From Octopus bimaculoides (lineage: Eukaryota), in the NCBI RefSeq assembly GCF_001194135.2, contig NC_068983.1, positions 156,460,907 to 156,494,077 of the forward strand: a stretch of DNA of 33,171 bases, given 5' to 3'. The notes below the pieces were generated by a model. That model made no database searches, had not been told where the DNA came from, and worked only from the letters and a program-made list of their open reading frames with translations. Position numbers and translations under genes: made by a program. Shown one piece after another: positions 33,127 through 33,171 of this stretch. Positions within the stretch are counted from its first letter, which is position 1; each line of letters opens with the position of its first letter.

Positions 33127-33171
<45 letters not shown>

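Overview
AT-rich eukaryotic genomic DNA from a fragmented short-read assembly. It has 12 N-gaps totalling about 5.0 kb (about 15% of the window), most of them bordered by (TA)n, (GA)n or (ATT)n microsatellites. The interspersed repeats resemble the abundant tRNA-derived SINEs I associate with octopus/coleoid cephalopod genomes; this is recognition from memory, not a database result. No complete protein-coding gene, RNA gene, CRISPR array or prokaryotic system is visible, and nearly every ORF in the supplied track is a microsatellite or N-gap artefact. What the sequence supports: (1) at least 16 copies of one tRNA-headed SINE family, including a co-oriented head-to-tail array of 8 copies at 24.6-26.5 kb, plus several other SINE-like families; (2) decayed autonomous elements recognised by manual translation: two R4/Dong-like LINE fragments, two RTE-like LINE 3' ends, a Tc1/mariner-superfamily right end and a probable Penelope-like remnant; (3) a 38-40 bp minisatellite and many simple or compound microsatellites; (4) a few candidate isolated exons that cannot be assigned to a known protein. 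The window reads as intronic/intergenic sequence. I did not find a convincing new biological system; the best leads are SINE architecture (tandem array, exchangeable 3' tails, strand polarity switch) and the orphan exon candidates.
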